Assembly (NCBI GenBank): GCA_036517195.1 | Contig: DATDXU010000018.1 | Location: 1 to 57,643, forward strand | DNA from: Minisyncoccota bacterium | GTDB taxonomy: Bacteria > Patescibacteriota > Minisyncoccia > Phycocordibacterales > UBA2100 | Length of the DNA stretch: 57,643 nt | Direction of reading: 5' to 3' | In this document: positions 56,655 through 57,643 of the stretch, piece after piece | Layout: each line of letters begins with the position of its first letter | Position numbering within the stretch: the stretch's first letter is position 1 | Position numbers and translations under genes: made by a program | Notes under the pieces: generated by a model | Database searches by the model: none | Seen by the model: only the letters and a program-made list of their open reading frames with translations | What the model was told of the DNA's origin: nothing

Positions 56655-57596
56655 ATGGACACACCAAAAGTTGGACCAAAAGATTTTTTTCTCTGGGCGG
56701 GAGCGATGGCGGCGTTCTACGGAAGCACAATCGCGCTTATCACATTACTATTTGAATACATAGAATATCTCTATCCGGATTCTCTTGAATATTACGTGGA
56801 CCCGTTTTCTGGAGGAATTCGGTTTGCGATGGCATCCCTCATTGTATTGATGCCCGTTACGCTATTCTTGATGCGTGCCATTAGAAACGATATTGCTCGC
56901 GCCGCGCACAAGGCGGACTTGTGGGTGAGACGCTGGGCACTTGTTTTGACGGTGTTTGTCGCGGGGATTATGGTTGTCGGTGATTTAATCGCGCTCATCA
57001 ATACATTTCTCGGCGGGGATTTGACCACGAGATTCATATTGAAAGTTGTTGTTGTTTTGGCAGTTGCGGGAATGGCGTTCTTCCACTTTCTTTTAGATTT
57101 GCGAGGATATTGGATGATACATCAGAAGCGCGCTCGCACAGTCGGATTTGGTGCGGCTGGGTTGGTGCTCGCGTCCATTGTGGCAGGATTCTTTATCATC
57201 GGAACTCCAGGTGAAGTACGCCTTCTGCGTTTTGACAGTCAGAAAGTTCAACATCTGCAAGAAATTCAATGGCAAGTAGTGCAGTATTGGCAACAAAAGC
57301 AGATTTTGCCGGCAACACTGGAAGATATGCGTGATTCGCTTGGTGGCTCCACTATTCCCGTTGACCCTCAAAGCGGGGAGTCATATGGTTACGCAGTAAC
57401 GGGAGACAAAAAATTTCAGCTGTGCGCGACATTCAACAACGAGGACGCGAACACTTCGGCAATGGGTGCCGTAATAATTCGCGAGGAAGCCCCTCGTGTT
57501 AAAAATGTCGTAGATGATACCTGGGGGCATGTGGCAGGGGACGTGTGTTTTGACCGCACCATTGATCCAGAGAGATACCCGCCGTTTAAGCAGTAA
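56655..57596 (+). CDS. multi-pass membrane protein (DUF5671-like N-terminus)
   Basis: PKDFFLWAGAMAAFYGSTIALITLLFEYI and four further TM segments, plus a soluble tail. Confidence 0.5.
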   Translation: MDTPKVGPKDFFLWAGAMAAFYGSTIALITLLFEYIEYLYPDSLEYYVDPFSGGIRFAMASLIVLMPVTLFLMRAIRNDIARAAHKADLWVRRWALVLTVFVAGIMVVGDLIALINTFLGGDLTTRFILKVVVVLAVAGMAFFHFLLDLRGYWMIHQKRARTVGFGAAGLVLASIVAGFFIIGTPGEVRLLRFDSQKVQHLQEIQWQVVQYWQQKQILPATLEDMRDSLGGSTIPVDPQSGESYGYAVTGDKKFQLCATFNNEDANTSAMGAVIIREEAPRVKNVVDDTWGHVAGDVCFDRTIDPERYPPFKQ

Positions 57597-57643
57597 CAGT
57601 TGCAAAACAATGTTTGTTTGGAACGCGCGACCGATTCTCGGTC

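Noticed and set aside
57621-57643. Start of another repeat-family copy at the right window edge (GCGCGACCGATTCTCGG resembles CGCGTGACCGATTCCCC)
   Set aside because: Only about 17 nt of similarity are visible and the segment is truncated by the window end. It cannot be distinguished from chance.

Overview
The window is a gene-dense, mostly housekeeping stretch. From its gene content I infer a small-genome Patescibacteria/CPR-like bacterium using the standard genetic code.

Recognisable blocks:
- hldD, miaA, and divergent pyrE/pyrF homologues.
- Two CDF transporters, parB, and a short RelA/SpoT.
- dprA-topA, serS, an ftsQ-like gene, dus and dnaX.
- An ArsR regulator, an ABC exporter, a DEAD-box helicase and obg.
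- A short dcw block: mraZ-rsmH-ftsL-ftsI-murF.
- A complete F1Fo ATP synthase operon.
- A tryptophanase-like / SbmA-like / HugZ-like cluster.
- An NAD-salvage locus (NrtR-like regulator, pncA, pncB).
- mqo-like, IDH-like, GT2 and ychF genes.
- Three tRNAs: Leu-CAA, Gln-TTG and Glu-CTC.

I saw no rRNA genes, CRISPR array, integrase or transposase.

Most notable observations:
1. A dispersed, GC-rich, strongly structured repeat family of about 100-150 nt, with at least 6 copies at 4 loci. The ends of the tRNA-adjacent copies reproduce the 3' end (acceptor strand plus T-arm) of the neighbouring tRNA gene. Each copy is followed by its own hairpin.
2. A vWA / PP2C / Ser-Thr-kinase triad (TerY-P type) wedged between pncA and pncB, directly downstream of an NrtR-like Nudix regulator.
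3. An 18-bp core palindrome, CTAATTCGCGCGAATTAG, present three times. Two copies flank the ArsR gene, and two are embedded in perfect 34-bp and 36-bp palindromes.
4. An opposite-strand ORF and structured spacers interrupting the ATP synthase operon.
5. A recurrent (T)GGTATAnT -10-like box only 6-12 nt upstream of many start codons, which suggests leaderless mRNAs.

All functional calls come from motif recognition by eye. No searches were run.
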